A stretch of DNA of 22,393 bases from Candidatus Tenderia sp. (GCA_031416075.1 JANOSY010000078.1:1-22393); one strand, 5' to 3'. Shown: positions 1 through 8,042, counted from the first letter of the stretch. Notes: generated by a model from the letters alone, not told the origin. Program-made: numbers and translations.

Positions 1-108
1 GCATGGCATCACGGATTATGTCATTGGCTATTACAGTCAATTCAGACCCCATACCCACAATGACGGGCTGGCACCGAATGAGGCTGAGAAGCAGTATTGG
101 ATTGACTA

Positions 109-137
109 TAAAACTGTGGCCAAAAAGACTTGACCAC
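109..137 (-). terminator. Candidate intrinsic terminator downstream of the PilZ gene
   Basis: Minus strand GTGGTCAAG-TCTT-TTTGGCCAC (9-bp stem, two G-U pairs) followed by AGTTTTAT, about 20 nt after the PilZ stop. Confidence 0.4.
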
Positions 138-158
138 TACAGAGCGGCTGGAGAATCG

Positions 159-488
159 TTAAGGCTCGATCCCCACATCTTTGCGTTTAAGCACCTCACG
201 CAGGGCACGAAAAGAGGAGGCATCTATATCTCTGAACATCAGACCAACCCCAACGCCATCAGCGCGTGCAACCTGCGCAGGCACACGGTATCGGGTATAA
301 CTTCCTAGCTCACCAAACTTAAACACCAGCTCAACGGGCACATCCCGACCGGGCTGGAGCTGCTCTAACTCCACGTAAACCCCGCTCAAACTAATATCGC
401 GGGTCCGGCAGTTAACAACCTCAAGATCTTTATAGAGCAGATCTACATTTAGCCTTACCGGTGTTCGAACAGTCCATCTTTTTTCCAT
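159..488 (-). CDS. Stand-alone PilZ domain protein (c-di-GMP receptor)
   Basis: 109 aa with both canonical motifs: RxxxR (RWTVR) at the N-terminus and DxSxxG (DISLSG); C-terminal AQVAR...GVGLMF strand pattern typical of PilZ. Confidence 0.88.
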   Translation of the reverse strand: MEKRWTVRTPVRLNVDLLYKDLEVVNCRTRDISLSGVYVELEQLQPGRDVPVELVFKFGELGSYTRYRVPAQVARADGVGVGLMFRDIDASSFRALREVLKRKDVGIEP

Positions 489-931
489 CTAAACGCTCTC
501 TACCCATCTAAAACAAACACCCAACAACCGTTAACGGACCATCCAGCTACACCCACCCAATGATCATGCCTAACCGGCGTCACAGAAACAACCCCTTTTA
601 AATATGTATCAACCATGCCACTTTGTGCCCTTGCCGATCCTATCCAACACGACGCCACAATCCATTGGTTTCACAGAACAACCTATAAGTGTAAGTTTTA
701 CCGACAGGCAATTCACATTTGTTAACGCCCTATCAACCACACTATGCCCCTTGCTATGACGTCCACTCCAACCCCTGCTGTAACGTCGCCATAATGGCGG
801 ATACCTCTTAAGATTAGCCTTTGCACACGACCCGCAGTTAAGGGCACAATGGCCGTTTATCACAATGTACGGGGGTTCCTCCTGACAACCCGGTTGTTAG
901 TACGAACACCCCAAACCAAGGAGCGGTATCG

Positions 932-1888
932 ATGAGAATTGCAACGTTTAATATTGAAAACCTGGATGAGAGCAACAACCCATCACTTGAGCAGCGCATT
1001 GCTGTGTTAAGACCACAGCTGTTGCGGATCAACGCAGATATCCTCTGCCTGCAGGAGGTCAACGGCCAGGAGCGCCCCGGACAGAAACGCAAGCTGCTGG
1101 CACTCAAGGCGCTGATCGCTGGCACCCCCTACGCCGACTACTATGTGGCCGCCACCGAGACCAGCAACAACGAAGTATACAATCTGCGGAATCTGGTCAT
1201 CCTCTCAAAATACCCCATACTCTCGTCACGCCAGGTACGAAACGACTACGTCGGCGACCTCTCCTACCGCCGCATCACCGCCATCCCCCATGAAGCGGAT
1301 GCAAAAGATACGGTCTGGGAGCGCCCCGTCCTGCACGCCAAAATAGACCACCCCAGCGGCCCGATTGACATCATCAACCTCCATCTAAAATCACGCATAC
1401 CCTCCACCATTCCCGGCCAGCGCGAAGGTTTTGGCTTTAAAAGTGTGGCAGGTTGGGCAGAAGGGTACTTCATCTCATCGATGAAACGTGTTGGTCAGGC
1501 ACTGGAGGTACGGATGATGATTGACGAAATCATGGATCAATCGCCGACGGCCAGGATCATCGTCTGTGGTGACTTCAACGCCGAACCCGGCGAAGTGCCG
1601 GTTGAGGCCATTGCCGGTCGCATTGAAAATACAGGCAATGCCGCGCTGGGGTTCCGGCAGATGATTCCGTGCAGCAAATCGATCCCTCAAGAGTCGCGCT
1701 ACACCCTCTACCATGAGGGGCAGGGCAATCTGCTCGACCATATGTTGATGTCACGCTCACTGCTGGCCCACTACCGTTCTGCCGAGATTCACAACGAGGT
1801 ACTGCACGACGAATCCATCTCCTTTGCCACCGATGCTAAATACCCGGAGTCTGACCACGCCCCCTTTGTGGCCAGTTTTGATCTCTAA
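932..1888 (+). CDS. Endonuclease/exonuclease/phosphatase (EEP) family protein
   Basis: Motifs in order: RIATFNIENL, ADILCLQEV, HLKS, GDFN, LLDH, SDH near the C-terminus. SD AAGGAG at 918-923. No signal peptide visible. Confidence 0.9.
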   Translation: MRIATFNIENLDESNNPSLEQRIAVLRPQLLRINADILCLQEVNGQERPGQKRKLLALKALIAGTPYADYYVAATETSNNEVYNLRNLVILSKYPILSSRQVRNDYVGDLSYRRITAIPHEADAKDTVWERPVLHAKIDHPSGPIDIINLHLKSRIPSTIPGQREGFGFKSVAGWAEGYFISSMKRVGQALEVRMMIDEIMDQSPTARIIVCGDFNAEPGEVPVEAIAGRIENTGNAALGFRQMIPCSKSIPQESRYTLYHEGQGNLLDHMLMSRSLLAHYRSAEIHNEVLHDESISFATDAKYPESDHAPFVASFDL

Positions 1889-1899
1889 CTGATACGTCT

Positions 1900-1925
1900 G
1901 GCCACTCCTGCCAGCAGGGGTGGCC
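1900..1925. terminator. GC-rich hairpin between the convergent EEP and lipoprotein genes (possible terminator or 3' stabiliser)
   Basis: GGCCACTCCTG-CCAG-CAGGGGTGGCC, 11-bp stem with one G-U pair; no U-tract on either side. Confidence 0.45.
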
Positions 1926-1936
1926 GCCCCAACCCC

Positions 1937-2164
1937 TTACTCTGCCGCACCCGACGACTGTTCAAGCTGCTGACGCTGCTGCTCAGCGCTGGACTGAATC
2001 ACCCCATCCACTGCCTTTGCCTTCTCCAGCGCATCCACCTGTCCCTGCCAGACGTGGCTTGCCGGTGCCGTCTTCTCAACCACCGGCGCTTCAGGTGATT
2101 TGCCACACGCCGTCAGCAACAGCGCGCACGGGATCACCATTAGTAGACCAACAACTTTACGCAT
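1937..2164 (-). CDS. Small lipoprotein of unknown function (75 aa)
   Basis: Start moved from 2209 to ATG 2164, which has SD AGGAGAGG upstream. MRK, hydrophobic stretch and lipobox LTA-C, then a Pro/Ala linker and a helical ALEKAKAV...EQQRQQLEQ segment. Confidence 0.75.
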   Translation of the reverse strand: MRKVVGLLMVIPCALLLTACGKSPEAPVVEKTAPASHVWQGQVDALEKAKAVDGVIQSSAEQQRQQLEQSSGAAE

Positions 2165-2243
2165 AAGAGACCTCTCCTGAATGTATGGACTCAGCACCCT
2201 ATCGGCCACCCACCTCTATACCCAAAGCGAATCCCACACAAAC

Positions 2244-2281
2244 AAAAAAGCCGCCCCCAGTTGACAACACAAGGGACGGCT
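2244..2281 (-). terminator. Intrinsic terminator of the dapA-purC operon
   Basis: Minus strand AGCCGTCCC...GGGGCGGCT stem running into a T-tract, 23 nt after the purC stop. Confidence 0.75.
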
Positions 2282-2304
2282 CTATTGACCTGCTGCATAG
2301 GTAA

Positions 2305-3021
2305 CTAATGTGGCAACACAATACCCAAACGCCGCGCCACCTCTTCATACGCCTCAACCACACCGCCCAACCCTTGGCGGAAACGATCCTTATCAAGTTT
2401 CTCACGGCTGTTCACATCCCAGAGACGGCAACCGTCAGGACTAAACTCATCGCCCAGAATCACCTCACCCCGGAAACGGCCAAACTCAAGTTTGTAGTCA
2501 ACCAGCAACATACCGCCCTCTAGGAACAGCTGTTTCAGTACGCTGTTCACCTTAAACGTCAACGCCTTCATGGTGACTACCTCGTCGGGGGTCGCCCAAC
2601 CAAACGTTTCGATATGGGATTCGTTCACCATCGGGTCGTGCAGCAGATCATTTTTCAGGAAAAACTCAAACGTAGGCGGATTCAGATCAATCCCCTCCTG
2701 CACACCCAAACGCCGACACAAACTACCCGCTGCCACATTACGCACCACACACTCGACCGGGATCATATCCATCCGCTTCACCAGCACCTCATTATCCGAG
2801 ATCAGCTGTTCAAAATGGGTAGGAATGCCCGCCACCTGCAGCTTGGCCATGATAAACGCATTGAAACGGTTATTCACCATCCCCTTACGCGCCAGCTGCT
2901 CGATGCGCTGGCCATCAAAGGCCGAAGTATCATCACGAAAGTGCAAAACCAGTTTGTCCGGATCGTCAGTGGTGTAGACCGACTTTGCCTTGCCTGCGTA
3001 CAACTCCACTCTCTTTTCCAT
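2305..3021 (-). CDS. purC: Phosphoribosylaminoimidazole-succinocarboxamide (SAICAR) synthase
   Basis: [53 protein letters not shown]. Start at ATG 3021 (or 3024), with GAGG upstream. Confidence 0.97.
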   Translation of the reverse strand: MEKRVELYAGKAKSVYTTDDPDKLVLHFRDDTSAFDGQRIEQLARKGMVNNRFNAFIMAKLQVAGIPTHFEQLISDNEVLVKRMDMIPVECVVRNVAAGSLCRRLGVQEGIDLNPPTFEFFLKNDLLHDPMVNESHIETFGWATPDEVVTMKALTFKVNSVLKQLFLEGGMLLVDYKLEFGRFRGEVILGDEFSPDGCRLWDVNSREKLDKDRFRQGLGGVVEAYEEVARRLGIVLPH

Positions 3022-3081
3022 CATTACCATCCTCAAACTAGGTTTACGTGACTCAATCTTAATTATCCAACAGCGGTGGGG

Positions 3082-3843
3082 CTAGGCAATCTCACGCCAC
3101 ATCAACCCATCATCCTGATCCGCCACACCGATCCAGTCGGGGCTACAGTTCATCACCTCCGCCAGCGCCTGCTGCGCCAGGGCGGGACGATTATTCTCTT
3201 CGCTCAAGTGGGCCGCCACCAGATGCTGCAATTTAGAACGGTCCAGAGTGCCCAGCAACTCCGCAGACTGGCTGTTACTCAAATGACCGTGACGCCCTCC
3301 CACCCGCTGCTTAAGTGAGGGCGGATAGTTCCCCTGCTGCAACAGATCGCTATCGTGATTACACTCCAGCAACAGGGCATCACAACCACTCAGCTGGCTC
3401 TCAATGTGCGGCGTCCAGCATCCCACGTCGGTCAATACCCCCAATCGACGGCAACCATCACCAAAGACAAACTGAACCGGCTCCCGCGCATCATGGGGTA
3501 CGGGATAAGGCATCAGCTCCAGCCCATCAATGGCAAACGCAGCGTGACTGTTAAACAGTCGCTGCTGTGGCAACTGCCCAAGCCGTGGAAAACGGGCGGT
3601 GCCTGGGGTCATCCAGACCGGAATATTATAACGTCGCGCCAGGGGGCCGACGCCATTAATATGGTCGCCATGTTCATGGGTCACCACAATGGCCGCCAGA
3701 TCAGAGGGGTGTTTGCCGAGCCGGGCCATACGAGCCACTACATGCACCGTGGCAAAACCACAATCGAGCAGCACTAGCGTATCAGCCACCTCAACCAACG
3801 TACCATTACCACGGCTACCACTGCCCAACGAGGCAAAACGCAT
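3082..3843 (-). CDS. Metallo-beta-lactamase-fold hydrolase (YycJ/WalJ-like)
   Basis: SLGSGSRGN, DCG, THEHGDH (HxHxDH), VPHDAREP, LECNHD, GHLSN, AHLSEENN. ATG 3843 overlaps the upstream TGA (TGATG). Confidence 0.9.
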   Translation of the reverse strand: MRFASLGSGSRGNGTLVEVADTLVLLDCGFATVHVVARMARLGKHPSDLAAIVVTHEHGDHINGVGPLARRYNIPVWMTPGTARFPRLGQLPQQRLFNSHAAFAIDGLELMPYPVPHDAREPVQFVFGDGCRRLGVLTDVGCWTPHIESQLSGCDALLLECNHDSDLLQQGNYPPSLKQRVGGRHGHLSNSQSAELLGTLDRSKLQHLVAAHLSEENNRPALAQQALAEVMNCSPDWIGVADQDDGLMWREIA

Positions 3844-4118
3844 CAACGCGACTCCCCGCTCCCCAGTTTTGTCTCGGACTTGACCACAGGGGGGAAGTTG
3901 ACCGGCAGCGGCGGGCGGGGATCAAACGGCACATCAGCAGTCGACCCCAGCACCGGCAGCATCAATGCATCGCGGTTTTCCGGAGGGGTGAGTGAATCAG
4001 GCAGCCGCAACGGCGCAATACTCTCACTGGCGCGATAGGCTTGGCGCTTCTCCTCAACCGCACTACAACCACTGGCCAACAAAACAACCGCCAGCAATAA
4101 CAGCCCGGCGCGAATCAA
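3843..4118 (-). CDS. Short lipoprotein in the bamC/nlpB position, resembling only the BamC N-terminal region
   Basis: Signal peptide with lipobox (LASG-C), then Y..S....PL.LP..L pattern. TTG start overlaps the dapA TGA and the stop overlaps the next ATG. Synteny dapA-X-MBL-purC. Confidence 0.65.
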   Translation of the reverse strand: MIRAGLLLLAVVLLASGCSAVEEKRQAYRASESIAPLRLPDSLTPPENRDALMLPVLGSTADVPFDPRPPLPVNFPPVVKSETKLGSGESR

Positions 4119-4990
4119 CTCAGATCCGCCTGACGCATCGCATGTCGCAAAATCTCATGGTACTGCACAGAGAGCACCGTCAACGGCAGACGAATCCCCA
4201 AACCGATCAACCCCATCTCCGCCAACACCCACTTCACGGGGATCGGATTGGCCTCAACAAACAGATGTTCATGCAGCCCTGCCAACGGGGCATCCAGCGC
4301 CTCAGCCTTGGCTTGGTTGCCAGCAAGCGCCGCGGCACACATCTCGTGCATAGCCTTGGGGGCGACATTGGCGGTGACCGAAATCACCCCTTTGCCACCC
4401 ATCAGTATCAATTCACGACAGGTGGCGTCATCACCACCGTACAGATCAATGGAATCGCCGCAACCATCCAGGATCTCCTGCGCGCGCTGCAGGTCACCCG
4501 TCGCCTCTTTAATCCCCACGATATTGGCGACTTTAGCCAACCGCTCCACGGTGGCTGGCTTGAGGTCGCAACTGGTACGACCTGGAACGTTATAGAGTAT
4601 ATGGGGAATGGCAACCGCAGCGGCAATCGCCTTGTAGTGCTGATAGAGCCCCTCCTGGGTCGGCTTGTTATAGTAAGGGGTTACCAGCAGACAGGCATCA
4701 GCCCCTGACTCCATCGCACTGCGGCTCAAGCTGATGGCCTCACGGGTACAGTTAGACCCGGTCCCAGCAATCACCGGCACCCGGCCACGCACCAGCTCAA
4801 CCGTTCTGCGAATCACCGCGCAGTGCTCATCATCGTCAAGGGTGGGGGACTCCCCCGTTGTGCCCACCGCAACAATGGCGTCTGTACCATTATCAAGATG
4901 GAACTCCACCAGACGCTCCAGCCCCTCATAATCGAGACTACCATCCGCCTGCATCGGTGTTACCAGGGCCACCATGCTGCCATGAAACAT
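4115..4990 (-). CDS. dapA: 4-hydroxy-tetrahydrodipicolinate synthase
   Basis: GSMVALVTPM, GTTGESPTL, PYYNKP, LYNVPGRT, GIKEATG (Schiff-base Lys), NPIPVK. Confidence 0.98.
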   Translation of the reverse strand: MFHGSMVALVTPMQADGSLDYEGLERLVEFHLDNGTDAIVAVGTTGESPTLDDDEHCAVIRRTVELVRGRVPVIAGTGSNCTREAISLSRSAMESGADACLLVTPYYNKPTQEGLYQHYKAIAAAVAIPHILYNVPGRTSCDLKPATVERLAKVANIVGIKEATGDLQRAQEILDGCGDSIDLYGGDDATCRELILMGGKGVISVTANVAPKAMHEMCAAALAGNQAKAEALDAPLAGLHEHLFVEANPIPVKWVLAEMGLIGLGIRLPLTVLSVQYHEILRHAMRQADLS

Positions 4991-5024
4991 AGCTTTTTAT
5001 ACTCCGTACCACAGAAAAACGCCC

Positions 5025-5053
5025 ATGGTACTGATGGCATGGGCGGAAGACAA
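5025..5053 (-). promoter_or_regulatory. Sigma70 promoter of dapA
   Basis: Minus strand TTGTCT (5053-5048), 17-nt spacer, TACCAT (5030-5025), 34 nt upstream of the dapA ATG. Confidence 0.55.
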
Positions 5054-5176
5054 GCACCAGTTACAATGCCGCCAGAGAGACAACACCCCCTTTCCGGGCT
5101 GACGGAAAGTGGCGTATGATGGATTTCATCCATACAAAACAATTAACCCATCATCAAAGAGAGAAAAAACCACAGC

Positions 5177-5707
5177 ATGTCGAACCATCTCGTCATCACC
5201 GCCGTCGGCAACGACAGGCCAGGCATTGTCAACGAACTTACCAAACAGATTCTTGAAAGCGGCTGCAATATTCAGGATAGTCGAATGACCATCCTCGGGG
5301 GCGAATTTGCCATCATCCTGCTGCTGGCAGGGAATTGGAACGCTATTGCCAAAGCAGAAGACAGCCTGCCCCGTGTTGCCGAACAACTCGGACTTGGACT
5401 AACCTGCAAACGCACCGAATCACGCATCAAACAGACCAACCTGCTCAGCTACCATGTGGATGTTCTGGCCATTGACCAACCGGGCATCGTGCATCAGGTG
5501 GCCGAGTTTTTCTCAAGCCGTGGCGTCAATATCGAAAGCCTCAACAGCGATACCTACAACGCCGCCCACACCGGCACACCGATGTTTGCTCTGACGATGA
5601 CTATCAACATACCGGCCAACCACTCCATCGCACAGTTACGTGAGCAGTTTCTCGACTTCTGCGACACCGCCAACATCGACGGCATGATGGAACCGGTGCG
5701 TGGTTAA
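5177..5707 (+). CDS. gcvR: Glycine cleavage system regulator GcvR (tandem ACT domains)
   Basis: LVITAVGNDRPGIV...SGCNIQDSRM and second ACT DQPGIVHQV..FF...GVNI. Divergent from dapA and followed by bcp, as in other Gammaproteobacteria. Confidence 0.9.
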   Translation: MSNHLVITAVGNDRPGIVNELTKQILESGCNIQDSRMTILGGEFAIILLLAGNWNAIAKAEDSLPRVAEQLGLGLTCKRTESRIKQTNLLSYHVDVLAIDQPGIVHQVAEFFSSRGVNIESLNSDTYNAAHTGTPMFALTMTINIPANHSIAQLREQFLDFCDTANIDGMMEPVRG

Positions 5708-5748
5708 CCCATCTCCGCCTAATGTAATTCACCACAAGGACGACAATA

Positions 5749-6219
5749 ATGGTAGTGGAACTAAACAGTGAGGTGCCTGATTTTGAAGTGCCCGCCACAT
5801 CAGAGCAGACGATCAAACTTGCCAACCTCAAGGGAAGCAACATCGTGATCTACTTCTACCCCAAGGACAGCACCCCTGGCTGCACCCTTGAGGGACAGAA
5901 CTTCCGTGACAACTACGCCCAATTCTCCAAAACCAACACCCTGATTTTTGGTGTCTCCCGTGACAGCCTCAAATCACACGAAAATTTCAAAGCCAAACAG
6001 GTATTTCCCTTCGAATTGATCACAGACAAGGAGGAACAGCTCTGCACCCTATTTGATGTCATCAAACTAAAAAACATGTACGGCAAACAGGTGCGTGGCA
6101 TCGAGCGCAGCACATTTCTAATCGATGCAGCCGGTGTGTTACGCCAGGAATGGCGCAAAGTCAAAGTGGATGGCCATGTTGAAGAGGTGCTCACGGCAGC
6201 CCAAGCCCTCAACCAATAA
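5749..6219 (+). CDS. bcp: Peroxiredoxin Q / bacterioferritin comigratory protein
   Basis: YFYPKDSTPGCTLE (peroxidatic Cys), GVSRD, GIERSTFLID. The second Cys lies in QLCTLF rather than in a CxxxxC motif. Confidence 0.93.
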   Translation: MVVELNSEVPDFEVPATSEQTIKLANLKGSNIVIYFYPKDSTPGCTLEGQNFRDNYAQFSKTNTLIFGVSRDSLKSHENFKAKQVFPFELITDKEEQLCTLFDVIKLKNMYGKQVRGIERSTFLIDAAGVLRQEWRKVKVDGHVEEVLTAAQALNQ

Positions 6220-6258
6220 GCCGCTCTTAAGTAGTTCAGTTGCGAAGGAGAAGTAGCG

Positions 6259-7662
6259 ATGCCAGCAAAATGTGACAGCAATTCAAAACGACTGTTTGTC
6301 CTCGATACCAACGTGCTGATGCACGACCCTGCCTGTCTCTACCGCTTTCAGGAACACGATATATTCCTACCCATGATTGTTTTGGAAGAGCTGGATAAAA
6401 ACAAACGTGGCCACTCCGAAGTCTCGCGCAACGCCCGTCAGGCCAGCCGCTTCATGGAGGAGCTGATCAGCGACGCCGGCAAAAAGGATATCGAAAAAGG
6501 GATCAAACTTCCGCAACCCGTTAACAGCAGCTTTGTTAGCGGCCATATCTTTTTTCAAACCCGGCACCTGACCTACGAACTCCCCGCCAGTCTGCCCGGC
6601 AGCATCCCGGATAACAACATACTCGGCACCGCATTAGCCCTGCAGAAATCACGCATGGACTCCAAGGTCATCATCGTCTCCAAAGATATCAACCTTCGCA
6701 TCAAAGCTGCCGCCCTCGGCATCCTGGCAGAGGATTACCACGATGACCAAGTACTCGACGATCTCAATCTGCTCTACACCGGCAAATGCGAAATCAAACC
6801 CGACTTCTGGGAGAGCCACGCCAAAGAGCTATCATCATGGAAAGAGGATGGCCGCACCTTCTACAAAATCAGTGGCAACGACCTTGAACACTGGCACCCC
6901 TACCAACTCATCTATGAAAATACCGAAAACGGCTTTGAAGCAATTGTCCGAGAGGTCAAAGATGGCACCGCCATCCTTGAGATGAGCGACAACTACCGCC
7001 GCTCCCACCATGCCGTCTGGGGCATCAACGCCCGTAATCGCGAACAGAATTTCGCCCTCAACCTCTTAATGGACCCGGAGGTCGATTTTGTCACACTACT
7101 CGGCAATGCCGGTACAGGCAAAACCCTGCTCACACTCGCAGCAGGGCTAGCCCAAGTGCTTGATGAACATCGATATCACGAAATCATAGTCACCCGCGCC
7201 ACCGTCCCCATGGGGGAAGACATCGGCTTTTTACCCGGCACAGAGGAAGAAAAGATGGTCCCCTGGATGGGAGCACTAATGGACAACCTAGAGGTGCTCG
7301 CTGGTGGTGAAGGTGGCGACTGGGGCCGTGCCGCCACCAATGACCTGCTACGCAACCGCATCAAAATACACTCACTCAACTTCATGCGCGGTCGTACTTT
7401 CCTGAAAAAGTTTGTCATCATTGACGAAGCGCAAAACCTCACCTCAAAACAGATGAAAGCACTTATCACACGCGCAGGACCGGGCACAAAAGTGGTCTGT
7501 CTGGGGAACGTTGCCCAGATCGACACCCCTTACCTCACAGAGACCACCTCAGGACTCACCTTTGCAGTCGACCGATTCAAACAGTGGAGTAACAGCGGAC
7601 ACATCACCCTGCTCAGCGGTGAGCGATCACGTCTGGCAGACTTTGCCGCAAACCACCTCTAA
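6259..7662 (+). CDS. PIN-domain/PhoH-family ATPase fusion (PhoH2/YlaK-like)
   Basis: PIN motifs FVLDTNVLMHDP, IVLEELD, DNNIL, VSKDINLR; PhoH motifs GNAGTGKT, IGFLPG, RGRT, IIDEAQN, GNVAQID, ERS.LA. SD AAGGAG. Confidence 0.93.
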   Translation: MPAKCDSNSKRLFVLDTNVLMHDPACLYRFQEHDIFLPMIVLEELDKNKRGHSEVSRNARQASRFMEELISDAGKKDIEKGIKLPQPVNSSFVSGHIFFQTRHLTYELPASLPGSIPDNNILGTALALQKSRMDSKVIIVSKDINLRIKAAALGILAEDYHDDQVLDDLNLLYTGKCEIKPDFWESHAKELSSWKEDGRTFYKISGNDLEHWHPYQLIYENTENGFEAIVREVKDGTAILEMSDNYRRSHHAVWGINARNREQNFALNLLMDPEVDFVTLLGNAGTGKTLLTLAAGLAQVLDEHRYHEIIVTRATVPMGEDIGFLPGTEEEKMVPWMGALMDNLEVLAGGEGGDWGRAATNDLLRNRIKIHSLNFMRGRTFLKKFVIIDEAQNLTSKQMKALITRAGPGTKVVCLGNVAQIDTPYLTETTSGLTFAVDRFKQWSNSGHITLLSGERSRLADFAANHL

Positions 7663-7682
7663 ACAGCACTGGCCGCCACCTC

Positions 7683-8042
7683 TTACTCAGGGGCGGCCAT
7701 CTCACAATACACTTCATAATGACGATGAAACAGAATCTCCATGTCATCAATCACATCACTCGCCAAACGCCCCAACATCAAATGCTGCGAAAGAAGATCA
7801 GACGCCTCAGCCAATAAATCAGAGGCCTCCAACATCGGATATGTAAGACGCAGCCGTTTCAGCGCAGCAGGCACCCTCTCCTCCACCGGCCTGACAATCA
7901 CATTAATAGATTTTAGCCGCACCTCTGCTTCAAACGAAGAGGCACGATGATGCAAGTACTCAGCAAAAGAGACCACAGAGAACTTATCCGCAATAGAAAG
8001 CCCGGCAAACAGGCACTTCAAACGATTAAACTCAGAACTCAT
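7683..8042 (-). CDS. Conserved hypothetical helical protein (119 aa)
   Basis: Protein-like ORF filling the gap after phoH, with RP.EE.V.AALKRL..TYPML and HL..GR....VID.ME..F segments. No clear SD. No cNMP-binding or HTH motif recognised. Confidence 0.7.
   Translation of the reverse strand: MSSEFNRLKCLFAGLSIADKFSVVSFAEYLHHRASSFEAEVRLKSINVIVRPVEERVPAALKRLRLTYPMLEASDLLAEASDLLSQHLMLGRLASDVIDDMEILFHRHYEVYCEMAAPE

Noticed and set aside
3-308. 101-aa plus-strand ORF at the window start
   Set aside because: Overlaps the PilZ gene on the opposite strand and has no recognisable motif.
485-512. Direct repeat CCATCTAAA (485-493, 504-512) at the PilZ start
   Set aside because: Two 9-mer copies in skewed sequence; not enough to support a function.
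606-632. Sigma54-like TGGCAT / GGGCAC hexamers upstream of PilZ (minus strand)
   Set aside because: No correctly spaced TTGC -12 element.
609-863. 84-aa minus-strand ORF with a CxxxCxxC-like cluster in the PilZ-EEP spacer
   Set aside because: No SD, atypical composition and far too short for a radical-SAM enzyme; probably spurious.
2199-2206. GCCGATAG sigma28 -10-like octamer upstream of the small lipoprotein
   Set aside because: No TAAA -35 element at the required spacing.
3082-3843. MBL-fold gene as an antibiotic-resistance beta-lactamase
   Set aside because: No signal peptide; YycJ-type motifs and core dapA-purC synteny indicate a housekeeping hydrolase.
3992-4708. 238-aa plus-strand ORF, and the many other antisense ORFs over purC, secY and r-protein genes
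   Set aside because: Shadow frames of well-conserved genes; His/Gln/Arg-rich composition follows from antisense codon bias.
5090-5135. Two small hairpins upstream of gcvR as a possible glycine or lysine riboswitch
   Set aside because: Too short and lacking the conserved aptamer motifs of either class.
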